Assembly (NCBI GenBank): GCA_964016885.1
Contig: OZ024742.1
Span: 191,890,001-191,954,000, forward strand
Direction of reading: 5' to 3'
Length of the DNA stretch: 64,000 bases
From: Eledone cirrhosa
Taxonomy: Eukaryota
Position 1 is the stretch's first letter; every line of letters starts with the position of its first letter. Shown here one piece after another: positions 40,160 to 52,123 of this stretch. The position numbers and the translations under genes are program-made. Below the pieces are notes generated by a model. That model had not been told where the DNA came from, did not search any database, and saw only the letters and a program-made list of their open reading frames with translations.

Positions 40160-41905
40160 TTGGATAGAATTATCCCACAGGTTCGTTCTAATTGCTCTTC
40201 TTTGAACTTAAATTTATGGTTTGGTACTTCTGAAGTGATTGGCTGGTTCAACAAATTGAATAATAAAAACAAACTAAAATTTGTTCAATTTGATATTGCC
40301 AGCTACTATTCTTCTATTTCGCCTTCACTTCTCAACAATGCTCTATCTTTCGCATTTAAATATTCTGATATCACCACAGATGAACTTCACATCATTCTCA
40401 CCGCACGTAAAACCATCCTAGAGTTCAACAATGAATATTGGACCAGAGCTGATACCTCTAACAACTTCGACATCACAATGGGAGCATCCGATTCATCCCA
40501 ATTGACAGATTTAATTGGTATCTTTATTTTGAACTCTTTGAGTCGGAAAATTCCTCAACTTCGCGGCGGAATTTATCGTGATGATGGACTTTTTACTATC
40601 TTAAATTGCAACATAGTTAACCTTAATATTATTAAGAACAATATACGTAATCTCTTTAACCAACATAACCTAAGAATTGAATTTGATAACAGCATTAAAC
40701 TAGCTAATTTCTTGGATGTATCTCTTAATCTTGACACTGGCCTATATTACCCTAACCATAAAAACAATGAGAACCTAAATTATGTTAATTTTAAATCTAA
40801 CCACCCTACTAATTTTAAGAATGCTATAGTTAGTAATATTGGAAAAAGAATATCTAACCTATCTTCTAATAAAAACATTTTTGATGCTAACGCCAATTAC
40901 TATAATAACGTGCTTTCTAAAGCCGGCTATCCTGATAAAATCAAATATAGTAAAGAAACACATTCTAGAAGATCTTACAGTAGAATAATTAATCATGATC
41001 ATTCCAATAACTTTAATAAAAGACCTAGATACAAAAACATAATCTGGTATAATGCTCCTTTCTCCATCTCTATTAATAATAATATTCCTAAATTATTCTT
41101 TAGTGCCTTAAATAAATGGTTTCCTCCATCACATATCTATAGTAAAATATTTAACAAACACACTATAAAATGTTTCTATTCGACATCCTCCAACATTTCC
41201 AACATTATCTCTAAACACAACAATAAAATACTAAATACTAAATCTCTTCCTTCCAACACTGAATATCATAATAATAGTAATAATACTTCCGACGTTATTG
41301 TAAACTCTAGGCTAATTTCTGCAAACCCAAATACAACGTCAAACACAACTTCGCTAAATCTTCTTAATCCCATTCTAAATCAAGAAACTATTATTCCTAT
41401 CGCAAATAACTTCTCCAATCCAATTCCTTCTATAGATAACACTAGGTCACTCGTTAATAATCTCTCTAACCGCAATTGCAATTGCCCTGCAAAAAATAAA
41501 TGTCCTCTCAATAACCATTGTCTTGATAAAAACTTAATCTACGAATGTAACGTTATAACTGACACCAATTCCTTCACCTATTTTGGCTCCACTTCCACCT
41601 GCTTTAAAGCTCGTCTTTATAATCATCATTCGTCTTTTAAATACCAACTTAAAAGAACCAACACGGCTCTCTCAGTACTCATATGGTCCTTGAAAGACAA
41701 AAATATTAAATATAACATCTCTTGGAAAAAGGTTTCTTCTGCTTCTCCATACTTGAACAGTTCTCTATCCAAGACTTGCAATCTCTGTCTAAATGAAAAA
41801 TTTACCATTATACCTAATTTAGATTCTATAATAAATAGACGCACTGACTTGTTTTCTCTCTGCTTGCATAAATTCCACAGAACATTCCATAAAGTATACA
41901 GCTAA
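40160..41905 (+). CDS. PLE reverse transcriptase plus GIY-YIG endonuclease, uninterrupted 581 aa, N-terminus truncated (Naiad-like)
   Basis: FVQFDIASYYSSI, FDITMGASDSSQLTDLIG, GIYRDDGL, NFLDVSLNL, YVNFKSNHP, CNCPAKNKCPLNNHC, LIYEC..TYFGST..FKARLYNH, CNLCLNEK; frame extends upstream (KSDLGVVSKAI) to the junction at ~40127. Confidence 0.95.
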   Translation: MDRIIPQVRSNCSSLNLNLWFGTSEVIGWFNKLNNKNKLKFVQFDIASYYSSISPSLLNNALSFAFKYSDITTDELHIILTARKTILEFNNEYWTRADTSNNFDITMGASDSSQLTDLIGIFILNSLSRKIPQLRGGIYRDDGLFTILNCNIVNLNIIKNNIRNLFNQHNLRIEFDNSIKLANFLDVSLNLDTGLYYPNHKNNENLNYVNFKSNHPTNFKNAIVSNIGKRISNLSSNKNIFDANANYYNNVLSKAGYPDKIKYSKETHSRRSYSRIINHDHSNNFNKRPRYKNIIWYNAPFSISINNNIPKLFFSALNKWFPPSHIYSKIFNKHTIKCFYSTSSNISNIISKHNNKILNTKSLPSNTEYHNNSNNTSDVIVNSRLISANPNTTSNTTSLNLLNPILNQETIIPIANNFSNPIPSIDNTRSLVNNLSNRNCNCPAKNKCPLNNHCLDKNLIYECNVITDTNSFTYFGSTSTCFKARLYNHHSSFKYQLKRTNTALSVLIWSLKDKNIKYNISWKKVSSASPYLNSSLSKTCNLCLNEKFTIIPNLDSIINRRTDLFSLCLHKFHRTFHKVYS

Positions 41906-42356
41906 TGTCCAAAACTTTATCAATTTAGAATCCTTTTCTCAAAGGCACATATATATATATATATATATATATATACTTCTTTAAAAATTTACCCATCTTT
42001 CTACCTTATTTCAAAGTTATTTATTATACATTATATAATACTTGTTACTCATTCTATATCACTCCAATTTATCACTTCCCTTTCTTCCTTTTCCTTTTCT
42101 TTTCCTTTTCTTTTAATTTCTAACCACTAATATGTACCTTTTCTCACTGTGCCTAACATAGAAACAATTATTACACAATACAATATATTCTTACTTTATA
42201 TCACCTGGAAAAAATCCTTCGTAAACATAAACATTTTTTTGACGTTAGATTATTCATCCTCAATTCATTATTTTTTTCTCACTTTCATGTTTCATCCTAT
42301 CTTCTACTTTTTTCACAATATATCCTTACTTACATTACCTTTGCTATTTTTAATAA

Positions 42357-42525
42357 TACATATCAACATTTTCTTTCCATCGCACATATTATTAAACCCT
42401 TAAATATTATTCTTAATACATATTAATATTTTCTTTCCATCGCACATATTATTAAACCCTTAAATATTATTCTTAATACATATTAACAATTTCTTTTCAT
42501 CGCACATATTATTAAACCCTTCAAT
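42357..42525 (+). repeat. 60-bp tandem repeat, ~2.8 copies, in PLE-E 3' UTR
   Basis: ttctttccatcgcacatattattaaaccctt recurs at a 60-bp period. Confidence 0.9.
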
Positions 42526-42878
42526 ATACAAACCTTAACTTTACATTATTTTTCTCTTCGTTAATTTTCAAATTCTTTTAATTTATACATTATATTCCAA
42601 CGGTTTTTCAACCTCTCTATGTAAAACAATATATTTTTCTCAGTTATAAAAGCTATCTCTCTCTCTCTATCACCCATCTCTCCACCTATCTCATCCTTCC
42701 TCATTATACTCCTCCCCCTCCACTTTTTACTCTCATCTCCTCCTCTTTTTCATCCTCCCCCCCCCCCTCAAAAAAATGTTTTCCCCAATATCACACATCA
42801 ATCTAAAACTACTTTTCATATGTTGATTTAAAACTGCACTATCCACAAGTGTTTTTTAACCTTCATATCATGTCTTCC

Positions 42879-42949
42879 TATTTTATCTGATGAAAACACA
42901 AATGTTATTGCATGATGATATTTGTTTTTGAAATGCGCATAATAAAATA
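42879..42949 (+). ncRNA. Type I hammerhead ribozyme at the PLE-E 3' end
   Basis: tattttat CTGATGA aaacacaaatgtta..tgatatttgttttt GAAA tgcgca TA ataaaata; 8-bp helix I, palindromic TGCGCA. Confidence 0.85.
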
Positions 42950-43103
42950 CATGGAACTCTTTTAACCATCTTTTGATCTTATATATATATATATATATTT
43001 ATATATATTTTGAGTATATGTTGGTTGTATACCAACACCTCAGTATGCAGATTGGAGCACTCGACGAAGTGCGCAGGTTGGTTTGGTTACTCCGGAGTAA
43101 TGT

Positions 43104-43482
43104 AAAATAAAATAAAATAAATAAGTCAAATGTTTAAAATTTGGTTTCGTTTATTACTGCTATATATATATCGGTGACAGCCATCTTTGTCTGTGACCTC
43201 TTCAGGCAGTCCGAATTAGTGTGGTAGAGACGAGTACACATGTTGCTGAGGAACTGGAAATTCCAGTTCCTCAGTGAAATAACAACCCAACCAGGAACTG
43301 GGCATATGAGAGTATTGACAAAGTTAAACACCTCAACAACATGTGTACTCGTCTCTACCACACTAATTCGGACTGCCTGAAGAGGTCACAGACAAAGATG
43401 GTTGTCGCCGATATATATATAGTAGTAATAAACGAAGCCAAATTTTAAACATTTGACTTATTTATTTTATTTTATTTTATTT
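43104..43482. mobile_element. Fold-back element (~145-bp arms) with inverted GAUA-core hammerhead-like motifs (43156-43210 minus, 43372-43426 plus)
   Basis: actgc CTGAAGA ggtcacag..ctgtcacc GATA tatata TA gcagt; extra hairpin ctgaggaactggaa-a-ttccagttcctcag in the loop. Confidence 0.7.
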
Positions 43483-43509
43483 TATATATATATATATATA
43501 TAATTTCAA

Positions 43510-43550
<41 letters not shown>

Positions 43551-43735
43551 ATTTCAAACCGATAAGGTATGATTTCCATGGGTATGTCTCTATTTATAAA
43601 ACAAACTTTGTATTTTACAAAGCGTACCAATGTTGTGTTGGTTGCCCTTGAAATATATATAATAAAATAAATATAGTTTTATAAATATAGTTCCCATTTA
43701 TTTAATATCATTGTGTGTATATATATATATATATG

Positions 43736-43810
<75 letters not shown>

Positions 43811-43813
<3 letters not shown>

Positions 43814-46438
43814 GATTTAATGCTCTGAAATAGCGATATATATGTGAAGATAAACACAGAATATTCGAAAATATTCCGTATGTTTATAATAAACATTTTG
43901 AAGACCTAATCGCTATAGAATAGAATACGTCACGTATTACAATTTGAGATTCTCGATAAAAGCAAGGGAAGTAACCTACGCGTTTCATTCTTATTAGAAA
44001 TCATCAGGATTACATATCCAATGCTTTTATCGAGAATGACACAGCTAGAGACTTATAGAATACTTAGCTGTGTACAGGAACTGGTTTGAAAGAGCGGTTG
44101 CCGGTCCGGCAGAAATTAGAATTTGGATTTAATGCTCTGAAATAGCGATATATATGTGAAGATAAACACAGAATATTCGAAAATATTCCGTATGTTTATA
44201 ATAAACATTTTGAAGACCTAATCGCTATAGAATAGAATACGTCACGTATTACAATTTGAGATTCTCGATAAAAGCAAGGGAAGTAACCTACGCGTTTCAT
44301 TCTTATTAGAAATCATCAGGATTACATATCCAATGCTTTTATCGAGAATGACACAGCTAGAGACTTATAGAATACTTAGCTGTGTACAGGAACTGGTTTG
44401 AAAGAGCGGTTGCCGGTCCGGCAGAAATTAGAATTTGGATTTAATGCTCTGAAATAGCGAGAATCTCAAATTGTAATACGTGACGTATTCTATTCTATAG
44501 CGATTAGGTCTTCAAAATGTTTATTATAAACATACGGAATATTTTCGAATATTCTGTGTTTATCTTCACATATATATCGCTATTTCAGAGCATTAAATCC
44601 AAATTCTAATTTCTGCCGGACCGGCAACCGCTCTTTCAAACCAGTTCCTGTACACAGCTAAGTATTCTATAAGTCTCTAGCTGTGTCATTCTCGATAAAA
44701 GCATTGGATATGTAATCCTGATGATTTCTAATAAGAATGAAACGCGTAGGTTACTTCCCTTGCTTTTATCGAGAATCTCAAATTGTAATACGTGACGTAT
44801 TCTATTCTATAGCGATTAGGTCTTCAAAATGTTTATTATAAACATACGGAATATTTTCGAATATTCTGTGTTTATCTTCACATATATATCGCTATTTCAG
44901 AGCATTAAATCCAAATTCTAATTTCTGCCGGACCGGCAACCGCTCTTTCAAACCAGTTCCTGTACACAGCTAAGTATTCTATAAGTCTCTAGCTGTGTCA
45001 TTCTCGATAAAAGCATTGGATATGTAATCCTGATGATTTCTAATAAGAATGAAACGCGTAGGTTACTTCCCTTGCTTTTATCGAGAATCTCAAATTGTAA
45101 TACGTGACGTATTCTATTCTATAGCGATTAGGTCTTCAAAATGTTTATTATAAACATACGGAATATTTTCGAATATTCTGTGTTTATCTTCACATATATA
45201 TCGCTATTTCAGAGCATTAAATCCAAATTCTAATTTCTGCCGGACCGGCAACCGCTCTTTCAAACCAGTTCCTGTACACAGCTAAGTATTCTATAAGTCT
45301 CTAGCTGTGTCATTCTCGATAAAAGCATTGGATATGTAATCCTGATGATTTCTAATAAGAATGAAACGCGTAGGTTACTTCCCTTGCTTTTATCGAGAAT
45401 CTCAAATTGTAATACGTGACGTATTCTATTCTATAGCGATTAGGTCTTCAAAATGTTTATTATAAACATACGGAATATTTTCGAATATTCTGTGTTTATC
45501 TTCACATATATATCGCTATTTCAGAGCATTAAATCCAAATTCTAATTTCTGCCGGACCGGCAACCGCTCTTTCAAACCAGTTCCTGTACACAGCTAAGTA
45601 TTCTATAAGTCTCTAGCTGTGTCATTCTCGATAAAAGCATTGGATATGTAATCCTGATGATTTCTAATAAGAATGAAACGCGTAGGTTACTTCCCTTGCT
45701 TTTATCGAGAATCTCAAATTGTAATACGTGACGTATTCTATTCTATAGCGATTAGGTCTTCAAAATGTTTATTATAAACATACGGAATATTTTCGAATAT
45801 TCTGTGTTTATCTTCACATATATATCGCTATTTCAGAGCATTAAATCCAAATTCTAATTTCTGCCGGACCGGCAACCGCTCTTTCAAACCAGTTCCTGTA
45901 CACAGCTAAGTATTCTATAAGTCTCTAGCTGTGTCATTCTCGATAAAAGCATTGGATATGTAATCCTGATGATTTCTAATAAGAATGAAACGCGTAGGTT
46001 ACTTCCCTTGCTTTTATCGAGAATCTCAAATTGTAATACGTGACGTATTCTATTCTATAGCGATTAGGTCTTCAAAATGTTTATTATAAACATACGGAAT
46101 ATTTTCGAATATTCTGTGTTTATCTTCACATATATATCGCTATTTCAGAGCATTAAATCCAAATTCTAATTTCTGCCGGACCGGCAACCGCTCTTTCAAA
46201 CCAGTTCCTGTACACAGCTAAGTATTCTATAAGTCTCTAGCTGTGTCATTCTCGATAAAAGCATTGGATATGTAATCCTGATGATTTCTAATAAGAATGA
46301 AACGCGTAGGTTAATTCCCTTGCTTTTATCGAGAATCTCAAATTGTAATACGTGACGTATTCTATTCTATAGCGATTAGGTATTCAAAATGTTTATTATA
46401 AACATACGGAATATTTTCGAATATTCTGTGTTTATCTT

Positions 46439-46441
<3 letters not shown>
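43811..46441. mobile_element. 312-bp tandem array with one minimal HHR per monomer (retrozyme-like): ~2.1 units on minus (43811-44460), then ~6.35 units on plus (44461-46441), flanked by (TA)n
   Basis: gaatctcaaa recurs at 44461, 44773, 45085, 45397, 45709, 46021, 46333; units essentially identical. Confidence 0.92.
44712..44754 (+). ncRNA. Minimal type I hammerhead ribozyme (also at 45024, 45336, 45648, 45960, 46272 on plus; 43971-44013 and 44283-44325 on minus)
   Basis: gtaatc CTGATGA t ttct-aata-agaa t GAAA cgcg TA ggttac; GUA triplet, predicted cut after 44748. Confidence 0.9.
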
Positions 46442-46469
<28 letters not shown>

Positions 46470-46747
46470 GTAGGAGGTGAGTTTTATTGTAGTACAATAA
46501 AGCAATGCAGATATCGGATAAGAAGCACTCTACAGTTTGTAGGACTGGAGTATACATAATATAAGATCATAATGTTGATCATAATGTTGATTTAAAACTG
46601 CACTATCCACAAGTGTTTTTTAGCCTTCATATCATGTTCTCCTGTTTTATCTGATGAAAACACAAATATTATTGCATGATGATGTTTGTTTTTGAAATGC
46701 GCATAATAAAATACATGGAACTCCTTTAACCATCTTTTGATCTTATA

Positions 46748-46752
<5 letters not shown>
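46470..46752. mobile_element. Solo PLE-E pLTR derivative: inverted tail plus HHR (46643-46713, plus)
   Basis: tgttttat CTGATGA ... GAAA tgcgca TA ataaaata; TA runs on both sides. Confidence 0.82.
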
Positions 46753-46790
<38 letters not shown>

Positions 46791-46861
46791 CACATATATA
46801 TATATGCACATATATATATGATTATACATGTACATTTACACATACATATAATTATTATTGC

Positions 46862-47050
46862 ATTGGCAGTATCGATAGAGGGTGAGATTCCATGCTTTGC
46901 AGAATAGAGTTATGGCCCTTTACGTTTTGATTTCAAATCCTGCCGAGATTAACTTTGGCTTTCATCTTTACGGGGTCGATAAAATAAAACAGTAGTAATG
47001 CCTTGGGGAAATTGCTGGCCTTGTGCCAATGTAGAAACAATTATTATTAT
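46862..47050 (+). mobile_element. tRNA-derived SINE family 1
   Basis: attggcagtatcg..ttcaaatcctgccgag..gtgccaatgtagaaacaatta. Confidence 0.75.
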
Positions 47051-48279
47051 TTTTATTATAGCAGTGATTGCATGGTGGGGGAGCGTAAATCATATTCATG
47101 GCAAAATATCTATACTCTACTATTTCCCTTCAACTAGTAACATTACGCATACATACATACACACGCGCGTGTGCACATATACATAAACTCCTGCACACAC
47201 ACACATATGCTCAAATACACTGCAGTGTATATCATTCTTTGATGCAGTTGCACTTAATATTTGCAGTCACTGCTGCTGTTGCAGTGATTGATTCTGCTGC
47301 AATTGCTGTAAATAGCGGTAGTAGCCTTTGTTGCTGCAGTTGCTGCTGCAGCAATCGCTATTATGTACCTTTTTGCACTTAATGCTGCTGTGGTTAATTT
47401 GATTGTTGTCTGTTGGTAATTCTATTTTGAAAGGATCTAGTAGACCAGTTACAGATCGAATAACAACATTGTGATATTGTACGTGTTATTTTTGTTTGTT
47501 CCTGTTTCACCCAAATTAGGCTTTGCTCATGGAAGGACTATGAAGCAAAGCTGCTTCAGTTATAACACTCTTTGGGAATTTTTTGTATGCAGAATTATAT
47601 AATAAATGTGTCCTTTAAAAATAATTGACTTTCTATAGATTTCCTCATTTTCAGGTATTTTTGTAGCAGCTATTGTTGCAGTAGTTGTTTTCATCGTTGA
47701 GAGGTTAAGAAGTTCGCTTTGCATTCATGAGATCCCTGGTTCGACTTTAATACGAAGCGTCTCAATTAAGCGTCTTTAGCATAGCCTCCGATAAGCCTAT
47801 ACCTTGCAATTGAAGTTGAGTAGACGGAAACTGCGTGGAAGCCTGTTGGATATATTGTGCCGGTAATTCAAATGTCCAACCGTGTTACATAATTTGCGAT
47901 ACTGATTCGGGCTGAAAATTACGCTACGTTGTATACGTCTCTAGAGAAGGCTAAAATATTTACAGGTTCTTACACGAGTTTGATCGAAAAACTGAATGTT
48001 CACCCCTGAAACCAAAGAATTAATCATCACCAAAATGATCATCATCAATAATTGTATATTTTTAATTCATGTCATGCAGAAAGACATTCCACTAGTGACT
48101 ATCTCAGATTCGACTGGATTATCGCGGTTAAACTTCATTTGACAAAATGATTATTCTGTAATGGTTATTCAAAATGGTTATTCTATAAATAAAACAATAG
48201 CAACTATAGTAGATCATAATCTTTTTGCTTCAAGTCTCACCACGATTCCGACAGATAAATGGATGCCGCTCTGAATATG

Positions 48280-49070
48280 AACAATTTTGGTAGTCCATCT
48301 TATTTTCTTCTTATTCTTCTTCTTATTGAGAAGGCCATGGGCCGCAGTAATCAGACACACCTTCCAGAAGATTCTTTCAGAAGCAACCATTTCTATTTGA
48401 TCCGGCCAGATCACCAAGCGAGACAAACCGAACTCATGCATGTAATTCAGCCACCTGCTTTCAATTACTCGTGGAAACAGCCACCTGCACATCGCAGGCT
48501 TCCTTCAGATGACGTGTGTCTCAGTATTCGCAGCAGTGATTTTCATTCCTGCCGAGCAACATTGGGCTGTAAACCTATTCACTGCTTTTCGGAAATCAAC
48601 TTCCGCTGCATTAAGTTGCGCCATGTCATCTGCAACTTCAACTTACCGATTATATTGATGTTGGTATCGTATCTAACCCTGCTTCGTATGTCAATCCTGT
48701 TCATGAAGATTATGAATAAGAGAAGCGTCAGTACGCATCTGAGGCGGAGTCCGACACTCACATTGAATGGATTCGACTGAGCATCTTTCATCCAAACATA
48801 AATGCTCGGACACTTGTATAGAGACTTCAAGCACTCAGAAGCTGCGCATCAGTCTCATACTCCTTCTGAACCTTTCAAAACAAGTCCCATGGAACGCGCT
48901 CGTATGGCTTTTCGTGAACTACAAAATAAGTATACACTGCTTGGCAATTCTCCCATAATTTTGCGAAGGCCTACCGTCATATGAATATTTGGTCGGCTGT
49001 GCTCTCTCCGAGCAGAAAACCACATTGCTAATTTGAACTCGACAATATTACTACATCTCTTTGCTAGACA
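48280..49070 (-). pseudogene. Decayed RTE-type LINE reverse transcriptase fragment
   Basis: KSLY..PFNVSVGLRLRCVLTLLLFIIFMNRI (GLRQGCVLSP-like); gcagatgac = ADD followed by FTAQCCSAGMKITAANTE; short-repeat 3' tail. Confidence 0.7.
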
Positions 49071-49332
49071 CCTAGACACCGGGGAGGTTTAACAGGGAGT
49101 TTCATCTATTGTAAACCTTTATGAAAACTAGGATTATCACTCCTGGTTGCAATTGGTTGGGAGCTTTTCCAGGGATACAGCCCATCAGACACGGGAATCC
49201 GACCACCAAATAAAGAAGCCTTGTGGGATTCTTCTCTCTCAAGAGAGTTACATACTCAATTCCTGCCAGTTTAAGTAATATTTTACCCGTCAGTTTGATG
49301 TCTTGGAAGCTAATCTTGCATTGACTTTTTCT

Positions 49333-49418
<86 letters not shown>

Positions 49419-49800
49419 ATATATATATATATAGTTTCACTCATTATATTGCAGCTATTTCTAGGGCACCGTCATGATTTATACGATCCAATCGATCCTA
49501 AGTACTTAGTTTTTCAAGAATGCCACTAATTTTGTACATTTATGAGGGGTATCTGCAGTTTCTGTGCAGCAAATTGTACTCAGCATATAGTAGATGCCAC
49601 ATCTCAAGGGATCGCACAGCGAAACTGAACCAAGTACCACATGGCGAAATCCTTAATACATAATATCTAGACAACCTGTTGCTTCAATAAATTCCAATGA
49701 TCAATACAATTTTATAACTCTGCAGTTTTGCATCTGGCGACATTTCGACGACATGCGATTACATAATAAATTGATTTTATGTTTGATATACTTGCATATA

Positions 49801-49858
<58 letters not shown>

Positions 49859-49970
49859 TGTATATACATATATATTTGTATATACATATATATGTATATA
49901 CATAAATATGTATATATACATATGTATATATATATATATATGTATAAATATATATATACTTATGTACATA

Positions 49971-50039
<69 letters not shown>

Positions 50040-50043
<4 letters not shown>

Positions 50044-50140
50044 TTAATATAGATGAGATTCTACAGGACTAGAACTGTTTCATTCATTAGAAATCTGAAA
50101 CAGTTCTAGCCCTGTAGAAACTCATCTATATTAAAACTGT
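50040..50140. repeat. Hairpin of two inverted hammerhead 3' halves (related pieces at ~10370-10455 and ~58705-58770)
   Basis: GAAA cag-ttctag.c-ctg TA gaa on both arms; the inversion point falls inside the ribozyme core. Confidence 0.6.
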
Positions 50141-50201
50141 TATACTCTGCTATGTATTGAGTACCTTACTGTGGTTACCTCCGATTCAACCCGGAATAAC
50201 G

Positions 50202-50297
<96 letters not shown>

Positions 50298-50464
50298 CAT
50301 ATATATGTACATAAGTATATATATATTTATACATATATATATATATATACATATGTATATATACATATATATGTATATACATATATATATATGTATATAT
50401 AAAACATACACGTACGCATAAAACTAAGAATGTTTATATATGTATATTTATATATGTATATATA

Positions 50465-50542
<78 letters not shown>

Positions 50543-50611
50543 TATACATATAAATGTATATATACATATATATGGTTAAATAAATATATATATATACTAA
50601 TATGTGTATAT

Positions 50612-50642
<31 letters not shown>

Positions 50643-50821
50643 AATATACATATATATGTATATAAATGTATATACATATATATATATATATATATATACA
50701 TATATAATACGAAGAGGGTGTTTAACTCCAACACGCTCCAGTATTTTAACCCTTATATATACATATATATATATGTATATATATATATATGTATATATAT
50801 TTATATACATATATATATATA

Positions 50822-50906
<85 letters not shown>

Positions 50907-50980
50907 ATATACACATATTAGTATATATATATATATTTATTTAAGCATATATATGTATATATACATTTAAATGTATATGC

Positions 50981-51095
<115 letters not shown>

Positions 51096-51168
51096 TAAAC
51101 ATTCTTAGTTTTATGCGTACGTGTATGTTTTATATATAAATACACACACACATGTATATGTATGTATG

Positions 51169-51200
<32 letters not shown>

Positions 51201-51762
51201 CATATATCGTCATATGTCAGATCTATAGCAAATACATATTACATACCTAACAATATAGCCTCAAGTAACATAATGAAGCGTCTGCCAATAATCTCCTCGT
51301 TTATACACATTTAATAAGGGGTTATTTTAAAAATACTATCGTTATATTTCGTTTATCCCTTGCTGTATATCATTATTGATTCGGCAGGTAATTTGTAAGA
51401 AGAAATAAAGGACGTGGAGAAGAGAGATTATAGAACTTCTTGGGCTTGTACTGGGAAGCTTTTTGTTTATATTATTTGCTAAGGTGATTTGCTGTGTTGG
51501 TAGCCGTAGGGATAGAATACAGTAAACGAAATAGCCTAGAGGGTTAATCAATACATTTCTTCTGTACAATTCGCATTTATATATATATATATATATATGA
51601 ATATCTAGTTAAATATGCATACAAATGTGTGGTTGTCATAGCTTCATATGAAATTACACCTCTCAAAAACACTATCCCACCGTCCCTCTCTCTCTCTCTC
51701 ACTCTCTCTCTATATATATCTCCCTCACTATATATATATATACGTACATATATTTATATATA

Positions 51763-51886
<124 letters not shown>

Positions 51887-52027
51887 AGAATGTAGTACAG
51901 CATAATCGAAGCTCTCGTTGCGGGCATGCTAACGAATGCTGCCGGGAAGTGCAGCCAAAAGCACTCAATAAGGAATTTTACCTTAGAGTTATAACATTAC
52001 GTTTAGACAGCTATGCAAATTGAAGAC

Positions 52028-52073
<46 letters not shown>

Positions 52074-52079
52074 GTCTTC

Positions 52080-52123
<44 letters not shown>

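Larger units (their letters stand above)
40020..42980 (+). mobile_element. Penelope-like element E: short pLTR tail in inverted orientation (40020-40126), 5'-truncated ORF, 3' UTR with HHR; TA runs on both sides
   Basis: The 40020 segment joins the HHR-bearing sequence in related copies at 46470 and 59885. Confidence 0.9.

Noticed and set aside
43811-46441. 312-bp array as CRISPR or rDNA/snRNA cluster
   Set aside because: No unique spacers, no cas genes, eukaryotic context, and no 5S, tRNA or snRNA similarity that I can recognise
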